A DNA stretch of 61,650 nucleotides from an uncultured Candidatus Saccharibacteria bacterium (GCA_965245025.1 CBDEYN010000001.1:1-61650), one strand, 5' to 3'. Shown: positions 29,293 through 40,095, counted from the first letter of the stretch. Translations and numbers: made by a program. Notes: generated by a model from the letters alone, not told the origin.

Positions 29293-29520
29293 TTAGAAGA
29301 ATTTAATGAAGATTAAAGAGATTACTGCGAGGATGATTAATACTGGCCAAAACCAACCAAATTTACTAGTAGCTTTAAGGTCTTTAGCATAATCAGAATC
29401 TTCCACCAAGTCAGGATCGCTCATTTTAGCTTGCATCCTGGCATGATTTCGAAGGTCCGCGGTAATTCTTTGAGTGAGATCTGCATTTTTGTCTTGATCT
29501 TTTTGTACAATTACGCCCAT
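29293..29520 (-). CDS. Small protein with a C-terminal TM anchor
   Basis: Start ATG 29520 (MGVIVQK) preceded by AAGGAAAAG; C-terminal hydrophobic helix. Confidence 0.65.
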   Translation of the reverse strand: MGVIVQKDQDKNADLTQRITADLRNHARMQAKMSDPDLVEDSDYAKDLKATSKFGWFWPVLIILAVISLIFIKFF

Positions 29521-29595
29521 CTTTTCCTTTCGATATACATTACCATAGTTTATCATATTATGATATAATTTTTTTAATATTATTAAGGAGGTAAA

Positions 29596-30606
29596 ATGGC
29601 AAAAAAGACTAAAAAGTCTGCACACAAGCCAAAAACGACTGTGAATACACCAGAGGTAACCGAAATTAAAGAAGAGGTTATCGAGGTCGTCGAAAAAGTT
29701 GTCGACGATAGTAAAAAAGCGACTGAGAAGGCTGAAAAGAAAATGACAAAAGAAGTCCTCAAAGTAGAAAAGAAAATTAAGGAAAGCAAAAATCCATTCA
29801 AGGGTTTCTTTGCTCGCAAATATCCTGAAGGTGAGAATATTTTAACGATTTTCGAAACTCCACGTATTTGGGGTGCAGTGATCGGTGAAGTAATCGGAAC
29901 GATGTTCCTCTCAATGCTTCTTCTCACTCTTGGAATCCAACAACCACTTTATATCTTGTTCGGTTTCCTCGCGATTACCTTGGCAGTTTTTGCCTATTCA
30001 GGTGCTCATCTTAACCCAGCCACCACAATCGGCATGATGGCAACTCGCCGTGTTTCTGCAATTCGCGGTGTACTTTACATCGTAGCTCAGGTCGTCGGTG
30101 CATGGCTTGGTTTATTGATTATCGGCGGTCTCCGCACGGCTAGCGGCGCCAGCGCTGAACTTCCAGCTCTGACCGCAGCAACCGGCAGTGACTTCTGGAA
30201 ATACATGTTGATCGAATTCGTCGGTGTCTTCACCGTAGCATTCTTCTTCAACCGTGCTCAAGAATACAACCACAAGAAAAGCGCTTTCACCTACGCAGCA
30301 ATTATCGCTGGTGGTGTAACTCTCGCAGTTCTCTTCTGCTTGATTCTTTCTGATAGCTTCTTTAAGCTTCGCAATAACTTCATCTTGAACCCAGCTATTG
30401 CTATCATGTATCAAATTTTCCCAACTTCTGCTGAGAAATTTGACGCTTTGATGGGCACCGTAGCTCTCGAATCTTTGGTTCACATTATCACCCCACTTGT
30501 AGCAGGTATCCTTGCCTTCTTCGTGGCAGATGTGGCTAAGGCTCTTTCTGATGACTGCGAATGTGATTGCTGTGAAGAAAAACATCATCACCACCACGAT
30601 AAATAA
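29596..30606 (+). CDS. Aquaporin/MIP-family channel
   Basis: Two NPA boxes (SGAHLNPA, ILNPA), EVIGT and YIVAQVVGA; AAGGAGG SD. Confidence 0.88.
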   Translation: MAKKTKKSAHKPKTTVNTPEVTEIKEEVIEVVEKVVDDSKKATEKAEKKMTKEVLKVEKKIKESKNPFKGFFARKYPEGENILTIFETPRIWGAVIGEVIGTMFLSMLLLTLGIQQPLYILFGFLAITLAVFAYSGAHLNPATTIGMMATRRVSAIRGVLYIVAQVVGAWLGLLIIGGLRTASGASAELPALTAATGSDFWKYMLIEFVGVFTVAFFFNRAQEYNHKKSAFTYAAIIAGGVTLAVLFCLILSDSFFKLRNNFILNPAIAIMYQIFPTSAEKFDALMGTVALESLVHIITPLVAGILAFFVADVAKALSDDCECDCCEEKHHHHHDK

Positions 30607-30705
30607 TCACTGGTAAATAGCAAACAAAAAAAATAAGACTCCTGCTGCGGGTCTTATTTTTATAGATAAATTTCTGGTAGGATTTTTAGTTTTATATTAT
30701 ATATC

Positions 30706-30733
30706 AAAAAATAGCCCGTGACGGGCTATTTTT
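30706..30733. terminator. Intrinsic terminator (a second one lies at 30629-30661)
   Basis: AAAAAATAGCCCGT-g-ACGGGCTATTTTT. Confidence 0.75.
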
Positions 30734-32149
30734 CTAGCGCTCTTTTGGGAAGAGTGGAGTAGCTGGTGGAGTGATTTCAGAAGCTGTAAAGATTTCTTCA
30801 ATTGTAGCGGTGATTGGCAAAAACGGTTTAAGCATGTGATTTACAACCAGAAGTTCATTCACGAGATTAAGTAAAATTTGTTTAGCGGCTTCTGGATCGG
30901 TCTTGGCCACGGTCCATGGCTTTTGATCTTCGATATGTTTATTAATTAATTGCACCTGACTCCAGGCATAATCAATGGCGCCAGAGAAGTTAAAATTATC
31001 CATCAATTCACGATATTCTGGAGTGAATTCAAGAACCGGCGCGTCCGTGAGGCTGACCTGATTCTTTTTACAAAGAGTGGCTAGACGTTGTACCAGGTTA
31101 CCGTAGTCATTGGCTAATTCATTATTGTAGGCATTTTCAAATTTTTCCCAAGAAAAATCCGAATCCAGGAAGGTGTCGATATGGCGAGAGAAGAAATAAC
31201 GGAAAGCATCGACGCCGTGTTTATCCAGTACCTCAATCGGATCCACAACATTACCAATACTCTTGCTCATTTTCGTACCGTTAGCCAAAATAAAACCGTG
31301 CGAAAGGAGAGTCTTCGGAAGAGGCAGGCCGAGGCCAAGTAAAATCGCTGGCCATAAAATAGCATGAAAACGCAGGATGTCTTTACCGACAATACTAACC
31401 GTGGCTGGCCAATACTCAGAAATATCCTGGTCTGGATAACCGAGGACGGTAATGTAATTCGTGAGCGCATCCATCCAAACATACATCACCTGTTCTTCAT
31501 CCCCTGGTACCGGAATACCCCAAGAGAGATGTGATTTTGGACGTGAAATCGAAACATCTGGCGCATCAGCTAGAAGTTTCAAGATTTCATTCTTACGAAA
31601 TTCTGGCAGGATTTGCATTTCACCACTTTCAATTTTGGCGCGAATTTCGTCCTTAAAATCACTAATACGGAAGTAATAATTTGATTCAGAGAGGCGAATA
31701 TATGGAGTTTGATGATCTGGGCATACACCCTGATTTTCGGTATATTCTTTTTCCGTGACGAAACTTTCGCATCCCTCACAATACCAACCATCATAACTTG
31801 CAGTGTAAATATGGCTTTTGAGCTTTCGCCAAATTTCCTGCACCCGCTTCATATGTTCTGGATCAGAAGTACGGATATAATCTGTGTATTTCACATCAAA
31901 ACGAGCGATGAATTCTTGGAATTTTTTAGCATTGTCGTCAACGTATTTTTGCGTGTCGATACCAAGAGATTTAGCTTTTTTCTCGATTTTATTACCGTGC
32001 TCATCGGTACCAGCCTGGAAACGCACAGAGTTACCTAAAAGCTCCTGGTAGCGTTTATAGATATCAGCAAGTAAATAATCTTCGGCGTGCCCGATATGTG
32101 GCAGACCGTTAACATAAGGTATAGCAGTGGTAATATAGATATTTTTCAT
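30734..32149 (-). CDS. metG: Methionine--tRNA ligase (short form)
   Basis: Motifs YITTAIPYVNGLPHIGH, GTDEHG, YVWMDAL, GKDILRFH and KMSKS. Confidence 0.97.
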   Translation of the reverse strand: MKNIYITTAIPYVNGLPHIGHAEDYLLADIYKRYQELLGNSVRFQAGTDEHGNKIEKKAKSLGIDTQKYVDDNAKKFQEFIARFDVKYTDYIRTSDPEHMKRVQEIWRKLKSHIYTASYDGWYCEGCESFVTEKEYTENQGVCPDHQTPYIRLSESNYYFRISDFKDEIRAKIESGEMQILPEFRKNEILKLLADAPDVSISRPKSHLSWGIPVPGDEEQVMYVWMDALTNYITVLGYPDQDISEYWPATVSIVGKDILRFHAILWPAILLGLGLPLPKTLLSHGFILANGTKMSKSIGNVVDPIEVLDKHGVDAFRYFFSRHIDTFLDSDFSWEKFENAYNNELANDYGNLVQRLATLCKKNQVSLTDAPVLEFTPEYRELMDNFNFSGAIDYAWSQVQLINKHIEDQKPWTVAKTDPEAAKQILLNLVNELLVVNHMLKPFLPITATIEEIFTASEITPPATPLFPKER

Positions 32150-32228
32150 AATTTCCTAATAATTATAGCAAAAATCAAGTATTTCCTCAATTCAAAAAAA
32201 GAGGCCGAGAAGCCTCTTTCAGGATATT

Positions 32229-33383
32229 TTATTCGGTAATACTACAAGAGAAGCCCTGGAGATTTTGAGTAGTGAGAACATTATTAATCGAAAGATCAAG
32301 TTTGCCATCAGAGTCAGCGGTAGCGAAACTTTGATTTTTAAAATCATCAGTCTTCTGATAGGCTTCGAGGTCTTCCGATTTTACAGTGACCGAAAGAGAG
32401 ACGATTTTACCATCTAGGCCAGAGGTGATAGTCTTGTGATTTTCGGTCTTTTCGGTACGACCATTATTTTCCGTGAGTTGATTCTCAGAATCAATGGCTT
32501 GCTTGGCGGTTTTAGCGGCCTCAGTGGAGCTAAATTCATAGACCGTACGAATCTCAATACTGGATAAGGAGTCGTGACTGTAAGTAAAAATCTTGGTGAT
32601 TTCGCCAGAAGCGGCATTATATTTAGTACGATTCTCTTCGGAAACTTTGGTGGCGCATTCGAGAATTTGATTTTCATTAGCAACAACGGTATTTTGATTA
32701 TTGGCACGAGAAGATTTTTTCGGCTGACTTCCCAAGGCATTAATCAAGAAGATAGCACCAAAAATGACAAAAATACCGGCAATGGCAATAATGGCAATCA
32801 CTTTAGGGTCGAGCTTGAACGGCTTCTTCTCAGGATTTTGCGCCTTAGTGGCTTCTTCGTTTTTCTCTTTTTCGTAATCATGGTAAGAAACCGCACTACC
32901 GATAGAACCTGGGACTGGTTCGGCGGCCTTCAAAGGATTTTTCTCTTGATCTTCAAGGAATTTTTCGTGTTCAGTTTTTTCGGCATCTTCTACTTGATCT
33001 TCTTTAGTAAAATCGACATCATCAGGAGCTGAATCCTTGGTAGATTCAGCAGCTTTAACCGCCTCGGTATTTTCCGTACCATCCAAATTCATCAGCGGCG
33101 AAAGTGGGGTATGACTTGGGGTAGTGAGATTATCAGAATCTTTTGCGGCAGCCGAAGTAGTGGCAGTTTGATTCATAGAAGAAGCAAAATCAGCAGAGGG
33201 GGCGATAGTGACAGGTTGGTTAGAATCAGCAGGACTGGCGTCTAAATTACTTAGGTCAATCGCAGAGGATACCTCAGAAGCTTGATTCGAAGAATTGGCA
33301 TTTTCGGTATGATTTTCCGTAGTGTAATTATTCAATTCTTCCATTAAATTGGCAAAGTCTTCGGTGTTGTCCGCTTGATTCAT
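32229..33383 (-). CDS. Hypothetical single-pass membrane protein
   Basis: Acidic disordered N-half, TM VIAIIAIAGIFVIFGAIFLI, and a C-terminal domain bracketed by two Cys. Confidence 0.75.
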   Translation of the reverse strand: MNQADNTEDFANLMEELNNYTTENHTENANSSNQASEVSSAIDLSNLDASPADSNQPVTIAPSADFASSMNQTATTSAAAKDSDNLTTPSHTPLSPLMNLDGTENTEAVKAAESTKDSAPDDVDFTKEDQVEDAEKTEHEKFLEDQEKNPLKAAEPVPGSIGSAVSYHDYEKEKNEEATKAQNPEKKPFKLDPKVIAIIAIAGIFVIFGAIFLINALGSQPKKSSRANNQNTVVANENQILECATKVSEENRTKYNAASGEITKIFTYSHDSLSSIEIRTVYEFSSTEAAKTAKQAIDSENQLTENNGRTEKTENHKTITSGLDGKIVSLSVTVKSEDLEAYQKTDDFKNQSFATADSDGKLDLSINNVLTTQNLQGFSCSITE

Positions 33384-33476
33384 GAAACATCCTTTTTATG
33401 TGATAACTCTTAAGTTTATTCTATCATAAATTAGCGTAAACTTTATCAATAAATCACGATATGTTATAATAATTAG

Positions 33477-34523
33477 GTGAGTAGTGCTTTCAAAATAGCC
33501 AAGACTTATAAGACGCTATATATTTTTAGCGCTTTTTTGCTAGTTTTATCTGGTCTAATCTTTGGATTCTCGAGAGTTCGTTCGGCTTTTGCCGAGACTA
33601 AAGATCCAGATGCTGGAGAAATTTCGGACATGCATTATGTGACTTTTTTTGCCGACAATAAGACGTTGACGATAAAAACCAATGCTAACACCGTCGAGGA
33701 AGCTCTAAAGCGGTCTAATATTGCCGTAGAAAATTACGATAAAGTGGAACCTGCCCGTACAGAACGGATTAATTCTGATAATTATCGCATTAATATTTAC
33801 CGTGCTAAACCTGTCACACTAAGCGACGGACAGAAGACGGTATTTTTAATGACGGCGACTACTGATGAGAAAGCTCTTTTTAAGGAAGCCGGTTTCAATG
33901 TTTATGACGGTGATGTGGTAACTAAGGTGGCGGGGCATGATATTTTGGAGGCTGGACTATCGACAAAATACCGCCTGACTCATAAGGGCGGTCATGAAGT
34001 AACTGTGGAAGAAGAAATTCCTTATGAAGAAAAAACTGAAAACGACGCAAGTATGGCAACGGGTCAAACGAAACTTGAGACTATGGGTGAAGTGGGTCGT
34101 AAACAATCGGTTTATAAGATTAATATGGTGAATAATGTAGAAGTTTCACGCGAGTTAGTTTCAACTAATATTATCAAGCAGCCAGTCGCTAGGGTAACCA
34201 AGGTTGGTAGTAAAAAATCGATTCCACCAGATTGGGAAACTTGCGCAAACTACGCCAGAAGTGCGGGCGTTTCAGAAAATGACCTTTACGTGGCTTTGAC
34301 TTTAATTATGCGCGAATCAGGCTGTCGTTACGATGCATCGAATGCCGGATCAGGCGCTTATGGTATTCCACAGGCACTTCCAGGCTCGAAGATGGCTTCA
34401 GCTGGTAGCGATTGGAAGACCAATCCAGTGACTCAAATTCGCTGGATGATTGGCTACGTGACCGGACGCTACGGTGGCTGGAGTCAGGCCTGGGCTTTCT
34501 GGAGCAGCCATCACTGGTACTAG
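33477..34523 (+). CDS. DUF348/G5-domain lytic transglycosylase-like protein (YabE/Rpf-like position)
   Basis: TVEEAL ubiquitin-like repeat, G5 domain (EEIPYE..GE.G..KQPV..V.KVG), RESG..ASNAGSGAYGIPQALPG and RYGGW..A..FW..HHWY; upstream of rsmA. Confidence 0.85.
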   Translation: MSSAFKIAKTYKTLYIFSAFLLVLSGLIFGFSRVRSAFAETKDPDAGEISDMHYVTFFADNKTLTIKTNANTVEEALKRSNIAVENYDKVEPARTERINSDNYRINIYRAKPVTLSDGQKTVFLMTATTDEKALFKEAGFNVYDGDVVTKVAGHDILEAGLSTKYRLTHKGGHEVTVEEEIPYEEKTENDASMATGQTKLETMGEVGRKQSVYKINMVNNVEVSRELVSTNIIKQPVARVTKVGSKKSIPPDWETCANYARSAGVSENDLYVALTLIMRESGCRYDASNAGSGAYGIPQALPGSKMASAGSDWKTNPVTQIRWMIGYVTGRYGGWSQAWAFWSSHHWY

Positions 34524-34532
34524 GAGAAAAAG

Positions 34533-35297
34533 ATGTTACAGAACAAAAAATCCCTGGGGCAGAACTGGCTAAAAGATCGCTTCACATTAGAAGAAATCGC
34601 CGAAGGTGCAAGAAGTGAAGTAGATTTTTGTGTAGAAATCGGCCCAGGATTAGGGACGCTAACCAGTTCTTTACTGAAGCGATTCCCAAAAGTAGTAGCG
34701 ATTGAATTCGACGAGAAATTAGCCCACAACTTACCGAATTCCTTCCCTGGCAAAAACCTGGAAGTGATTAATGCCGATGTTCTTGATTTTGATTTTAGTC
34801 AACTTGATGGTGATTTTTCGGTGGTAGGAAATATTCCTTACTACATCACTAGCCCAATTATTCGAAAATTATTACTACTCAAAAAGAAGCCCACGAAAAT
34901 CGTGCTCTTAATGCAAAAAGAAGTGGCGGATCGGATTCTCGAAGAAAAAGGTCGTTTCTCATTCTTAACTTTATTCGTGCAGAATTATGCGGAAGTAGAA
35001 GGGGGTATTTTCGTCGAACGAAAACTTTTTACGCCACCACCAAAAGTCGACTCGGCCTCAGTAATCTTTTATCCACGCGAAAAAGCCTTAGCGTCGGAAG
35101 AAGTTTTGAAGTTTGTGAAACAATGTTTTGCGAACCCACGCAAAAAACTACAAGGGATGTTGCCACATTTTACCGGACGCAGCCGCGAAGAGATTGTGAA
35201 GATTTTTGAAGAACTTGGGCTTGATTTAGATGCAAGACCAGCTAATTTAGATTTATTAGAATACGAAAAATTATTAAATAAGATTAAAGAAAAATAA
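34533..35297 (+). CDS. rsmA: 16S rRNA adenine dimethyltransferase KsgA
   Basis: Motifs KKSLGQNWL, VEIGPGLG, GNIPYYITSP and FTPPPKVDS. Confidence 0.96.
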   Translation: MLQNKKSLGQNWLKDRFTLEEIAEGARSEVDFCVEIGPGLGTLTSSLLKRFPKVVAIEFDEKLAHNLPNSFPGKNLEVINADVLDFDFSQLDGDFSVVGNIPYYITSPIIRKLLLLKKKPTKIVLLMQKEVADRILEEKGRFSFLTLFVQNYAEVEGGIFVERKLFTPPPKVDSASVIFYPREKALASEEVLKFVKQCFANPRKKLQGMLPHFTGRSREEIVKIFEELGLDLDARPANLDLLEYEKLLNKIKEK

Positions 35298-35307
35298 CCT
35301 CGGAAAG

Positions 35308-35339
35308 AAAAAAATAACCACTAGTAGGGTTATTTTTTT
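35308..35339. terminator. Bidirectional terminator
   Basis: AAAAAAATAACC...GGTTATTTTTTT between convergent rsmA and pcrA. Confidence 0.7.
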
Positions 35340-37503
35340 AAAAATCGATTCCCTCATCGTCGTAGAAAATATCATCATAGAAAGGATCGAATTTTTTATT
35401 TGGCTGAGGCTTTGATTTTGAGTTTTCAGAATAACTATCATAGGAATCAAAAGGATCATCAGTAAAATCATCATCAAAACTTCGACTACGACCGTGATTG
35501 AATTTATTGTCGTAGTTGTTACCGAAACTATTATCGGCATATTCGTTAAAGAGATCTGGCTGATAGCCAAGCTCAGCCAGGAAGCGGGATGGCGTATTAA
35601 AATTAGACTTACCATGTAGAAACCTCACAGCGGTAAAAGTAAGGAAGAGGCGCTTTTTGGCGCGAGTCACACCGACATAAGCTAGACGACGTTCTTCTTC
35701 AATACTATCCTCATCGGAACTCATAGAGCTCGGGAAAAGGCCTTCCTCCATACCAACCATGAAGACTACCGGAAATTCAAGACCCTTGGCCGCGTGGAGT
35801 GTCATAAGAGTGACGGAATTATCACGAGTCGATTCGTCAGAAGAAGACATCAGAGCGGAGTCGGCCAAAAAATCCTCGAGCGTATCAAAATCTTTGGTGT
35901 TACCGACGAGAGCGTCGAGGTTTTCTTGTCGCTCGGTAGTGGCCGGCGTGCCGTCATCGACGAGGTTAGCAAAATCAAAATAATTAATCACTTCGGTAAT
36001 AATTTCCGAAGGATTGGCAGTGCGGTCGATAGTCTTGAGGAAATTTTGCAGTCGCAAGAAACTATTTTTGGCCTTACCAGTAAGAACTTGATCAGCCTCC
36101 AGGTCCGTCAATACACCATCCAGGCCGAGAGCGAGATAGATTTTTTCCAAGCTGGCTGGACCGATACCAGAAATGATATTTTTAGTAACACGTTCAAAAG
36201 AAACACGATCCCGCGGATTCAGAATGAGTCGCAGCACGGCTAAAACATCCTTGATTTCTTTACGATCATAAAAGCGGATGCCGCCGATAATCTTATATGG
36301 AATGTCGCGCGAAATCAGGGCTTTTTCCATAGCAAAACTCTGCGCGTTAGTGCGATAAAGCACGGCAAAATCGGAGAAATTACTTACCTCATTTTTGGCA
36401 TTGGCTAGGAGATTGATGATTTTAAGCGCCACAAAACTAGCTTCCGCCGATTCGTCATTGAGAGCTTGGATCTCCACCTTTTCCCCATCCCCAGATTCGG
36501 TAAATAACTCCTTGGAGCTTCTAGTTTTATTATGTTCAATGATTTGCTGGCCAGCCCTCAAAATATTACCGGTACTGCGATAATTTTGTTCGAGCTTGAT
36601 GACTTTGGCGCCCGGAAAATCAGCCTCAAAGTGCAAGATATTACGAAAATCGGCGCCGCGCCAAGAATAAATCGATTGCCAGTCGTCGCCGACCACGCAA
36701 ATATTTTGTTCAGGACCGGTGAGTAGTTTAATTAAACGATATTGCACATGGTTGGTATCCTGATATTCATCAATCAAAATGTGGCGGAAACGAGTCTGCC
36801 ATTTTTGATGGACAGCTGGATTGGTCTCAAAAAGTTCCACAGTTTTCAAAAGCAAATCATCAAAATCGAGAGCGGAAGCGGCGGCCTTAAGCTTTTCATA
36901 TTCGAAGAAAACTTTGGCAATATTTTTCTGCTGAGGATAGCTGGCGGAGGCCTCATATTCTTCCGGTAAAACACCAGCATTTTTTGAGCTAGAAATGGTG
37001 CTCTGAATGGTTTTCGGGCGAAGATTTTTGTCCTCGAAGCGGAGGTTTTTAATCGCGCGTTTAATCAGGGCTTCTTGATCGGAAGTATCATAGATAAGGA
37101 AATTACGATCAAGGTGCAGATTTTCCGCCTCCATACGTAAAATTTTGACACAGATACCGTGAAAGGTTCCCATAAATGGCATAAAATTGCGCGGTACCTC
37201 GTTGGCAGCAAAAAGATCGGAAGTGAAGAAGGATTTTAGGCTGTCAGGATATTGACCGGTTTCTTTTGAGGCCTGTTTTAAGAGACGAAAAAGACGCTCA
37301 CGCATTTCCCTGGCCGCTTTATTAGTAAAAGTGACAGCTAAGATTTGTGAAGGCAAAATCCCATGAGTGATTAGATTGGCGATACGATGCGTGAGGGTTT
37401 TAGTTTTACCAGAACCAGCACCAGCCAAAATCAAGAGCGGTCCAGAAAGAGTTTCGACAGCGTCAGCTTGGGCGGGATTTAATTCAGCGGTAAAAAGATT
37501 CAT
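35338..37503 (-). CDS. pcrA: ATP-dependent DNA helicase PcrA/UvrD
   Basis: Motifs LAGAGSGKT, TFTNKAA, DEYQD, VGDDWQSIY, LEQNYRS, HAAKGLEF and EERRLAYVGVTRA. Confidence 0.93.
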   Translation of the reverse strand: MNLFTAELNPAQADAVETLSGPLLILAGAGSGKTKTLTHRIANLITHGILPSQILAVTFTNKAAREMRERLFRLLKQASKETGQYPDSLKSFFTSDLFAANEVPRNFMPFMGTFHGICVKILRMEAENLHLDRNFLIYDTSDQEALIKRAIKNLRFEDKNLRPKTIQSTISSSKNAGVLPEEYEASASYPQQKNIAKVFFEYEKLKAAASALDFDDLLLKTVELFETNPAVHQKWQTRFRHILIDEYQDTNHVQYRLIKLLTGPEQNICVVGDDWQSIYSWRGADFRNILHFEADFPGAKVIKLEQNYRSTGNILRAGQQIIEHNKTRSSKELFTESGDGEKVEIQALNDESAEASFVALKIINLLANAKNEVSNFSDFAVLYRTNAQSFAMEKALISRDIPYKIIGGIRFYDRKEIKDVLAVLRLILNPRDRVSFERVTKNIISGIGPASLEKIYLALGLDGVLTDLEADQVLTGKAKNSFLRLQNFLKTIDRTANPSEIITEVINYFDFANLVDDGTPATTERQENLDALVGNTKDFDTLEDFLADSALMSSSDESTRDNSVTLMTLHAAKGLEFPVVFMVGMEEGLFPSSMSSDEDSIEEERRLAYVGVTRAKKRLFLTFTAVRFLHGKSNFNTPSRFLAELGYQPDLFNEYADNSFGNNYDNKFNHGRSRSFDDDFTDDPFDSYDSYSENSKSKPQPNKKFDPFYDDIFYDDEGIDF

Positions 37504-37517
37504 AGATTAATTATACG

Positions 37518-38339
37518 CTACTTAATGACAAATATCTGCTGAATCATTTGCTGACAAATTGGCATGGAGACGAGATGTCCGATGAGGAATAGAACCAAGG
37601 TGGTGGTGAAAATAAAAATTCGCCACCCCATCAAGTCGTAGAGAAAATAATTAATTACAATTAGAGTAAAGAAACTAATGAGGATAATCAGAGTAAGGAT
37701 GTCCATGTATTTTTTGGTGATTGCAAAATTTTGTTTTATCTCATGGATGGTATCGTGCATGGTGAGTTGGCCAAGGTAAACTTGCACAATATAATGCGTA
37801 GTGGCATTTAATACGGCAGGATTAATCGATTGGCCAGATTCCGCGAGAAAGTGGTCAATCTTGGCAGAAAAATTATTCATCAAAGTTTGTTCGAGATTAA
37901 TATTACTTGGAATTTGATAAATATTATCGATGATGAGATTCTGATATTTTTGATATTCCTCTGGCAAAATCAATTGACTGAGAATTTTCGGAAAATTATT
38001 CTGCAGAGTCTGAAGATTATACATCACTTCACCTGGCATGATTTGATTATCGGGAAGATTTTGAGCGAAATTAACAATCTCCGAATTCATAGTGTTAGTA
38101 AATTCTTGAGTGCCGGTGCCATAAAAGCGGTCGATGATAGCGGATTTAGTTTGAGAGACTTTGATCGCATAGTAAGTAGGATTTTCACTAAAATATTTTT
38201 TGACAAAATTGGCATTCATAAAAGTCTGGTTGGCTTGGCTAATAAAACCAGCCAGCAGGGCCACCACAAACAAGAAAATCAACGCCAGAAGATGACGGAT
38301 TTTAAAGCGCTTGAAATTTTGCTGAATATTATTTAGCAT
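37518..38339 (-). CDS. Hypothetical membrane protein
   Basis: One N-terminal and two C-terminal TM segments. Confidence 0.7.
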   Translation of the reverse strand: MLNNIQQNFKRFKIRHLLALIFLFVVALLAGFISQANQTFMNANFVKKYFSENPTYYAIKVSQTKSAIIDRFYGTGTQEFTNTMNSEIVNFAQNLPDNQIMPGEVMYNLQTLQNNFPKILSQLILPEEYQKYQNLIIDNIYQIPSNINLEQTLMNNFSAKIDHFLAESGQSINPAVLNATTHYIVQVYLGQLTMHDTIHEIKQNFAITKKYMDILTLIILISFFTLIVINYFLYDLMGWRIFIFTTTLVLFLIGHLVSMPICQQMIQQIFVIK

Positions 38340-38442
38340 TACCTTTATTATAGCAAAGAAATATCAGGCCACGCGGAACCTGATATTTTTAGACTGCAAT
38401 GAGCCTGGTATTTTTTAACTAAGAAACCATCTAGCTACGAGC

Positions 38443-39990
38443 CTAAATGCCGACCAACGGTTTGACGTCGGCACCTAAGTGATTAAGACGACGGGCAAAA
38501 TCTTGGTAACCGCGATTAATCGAATAGACGTTGCGTAGGATAGAGACGCCAGGGGCAGCCAACATACCGAGAAGTAGAACTACGGCCGGACGGAGGGCTG
38601 GAGGTGAAACGAGTTCAGCCGCACGCCAATTAGTCGGGCCAGAAACGTAGAAGCGATGTGCATCAAGTAATTCCACCTTAGCATTGAGATTAGTCAGATA
38701 AGTGGAGTATATTGCACGGTTTTCAAAAACCCAGTCGTGAATCAAGGTGCGACCTTCGGCCATGGCAGCAATCACGGTAAAGAATGGCAAGTTATCAATA
38801 TTGAGACCCGGGAAAGGCATCGGGTGAATTTTGTCAGCCGGAGCAATGAGGTTGGATTTTAAAATATGTAAATCGACTAGACGCGTGCGGCCATTATAAG
38901 AGAAGTACTCTTCGGAACGTTCGATTTTAGCATGCATGGAACGTAAAACCTCGAGCTCAATTTCCAGAAATTCAATCGGAGCACGCGTGATGGTAATTTC
39001 GGATTTGGTCACCAAGCCAGCCGCCAAAAAAGACATTGCCTCAATCGGGTCTTCGCTAGGAAAATATTCCACATCTTTATCGATACATTTTTGGCCATGA
39101 ACCACGAGTGTAGTGGTGCCAATTCCCTCGATTTTTACTCCGAGATCCTGCAGAAAGAAACAAACATCTTGCACCATGTAATTCGGTGAAGCACCCACAA
39201 TCGTGGTTTTCCCTGGATAGAGTGCGGCTGCCATAAGAATATTTTCTGTCACCGTGTCACCACGTTCAATAAGCACGATACGTTTGCCAGATTCGTCATG
39301 AAGAGTTTTTTGGTCCACCTTAGCCTCATAGAAACCAGTGTGGGTGGTGGCATCAACATTTAAGCCAAAAACCGAGAGTGCACGCAGGTGTGGTTCAACG
39401 GTGCGGGTGCCGAGAGAACAACCACCAGCATAAGGTAAGGCGAATTCTCGATAAAAATGAAGAAGTGGACCCATCAACATGAGAACCGAACGAGTCTTAC
39501 GAGCAGCATCGAGGTCCATTTCATCAAGTTTAATTTCACGAGGAGGGACGATTTCTAAATCTTTTTGACGATTCACCCAACGACACTTCACGCCGATCGA
39601 CTCGAGAACTTCAATAATACGAAAAACCTCTTCGATACGGGCGAGTTTTCTTAGTGTGGTACGGCCACGGTTGAGAAGCGCCGCGCAAAGGAGTGCCACC
39701 CCGGCATTCTTGGAAGAATTAACCGTAATAGAACCACTGAGAGTTTTGCCACCATTAATACGATAAGATTGGAAAGAAGAGTCACTGACGGCTAAAATTT
39801 GGTGACCGAGTGCAGAGGAAATTTTCTTAATCATTTCGAGAGAAGTATTTTGATCACCCTTTTCGATGCGATGAACGGCAGACTGAGAGGTGCCAATCAT
39901 CTTCGCGAGTTCACCTTGAGTGATACCTTTTTCACGGCGAAGATTGGTAATAATAGCGCCTATTTCTTCTTGATAAGTTTTTTGTTTCAT
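38443..39990 (-). CDS. murA: XRE-type HTH fused to UDP-N-acetylglucosamine 1-carboxyvinyltransferase
   Basis: N-terminal LRREKGITQGELAKMIGTSQSAVHRIEKG; SKNA, AGGCSLGTR (catalytic Cys), DPIEA and FENR. Confidence 0.88.
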   Translation of the reverse strand: MKQKTYQEEIGAIITNLRREKGITQGELAKMIGTSQSAVHRIEKGDQNTSLEMIKKISSALGHQILAVSDSSFQSYRINGGKTLSGSITVNSSKNAGVALLCAALLNRGRTTLRKLARIEEVFRIIEVLESIGVKCRWVNRQKDLEIVPPREIKLDEMDLDAARKTRSVLMLMGPLLHFYREFALPYAGGCSLGTRTVEPHLRALSVFGLNVDATTHTGFYEAKVDQKTLHDESGKRIVLIERGDTVTENILMAAALYPGKTTIVGASPNYMVQDVCFFLQDLGVKIEGIGTTTLVVHGQKCIDKDVEYFPSEDPIEAMSFLAAGLVTKSEITITRAPIEFLEIELEVLRSMHAKIERSEEYFSYNGRTRLVDLHILKSNLIAPADKIHPMPFPGLNIDNLPFFTVIAAMAEGRTLIHDWVFENRAIYSTYLTNLNAKVELLDAHRFYVSGPTNWRAAELVSPPALRPAVVLLLGMLAAPGVSILRNVYSINRGYQDFARRLNHLGADVKPLVGI

Positions 39991-40095
39991 AAGAACCTTT
40001 CCTAATAAACCATAAATATTATATCATAGATGGTATATTTTTAAAATAAAATAAGACCCCTCTAGAGGAGTCTTATTCGGAGAATTTTTCAGTTT

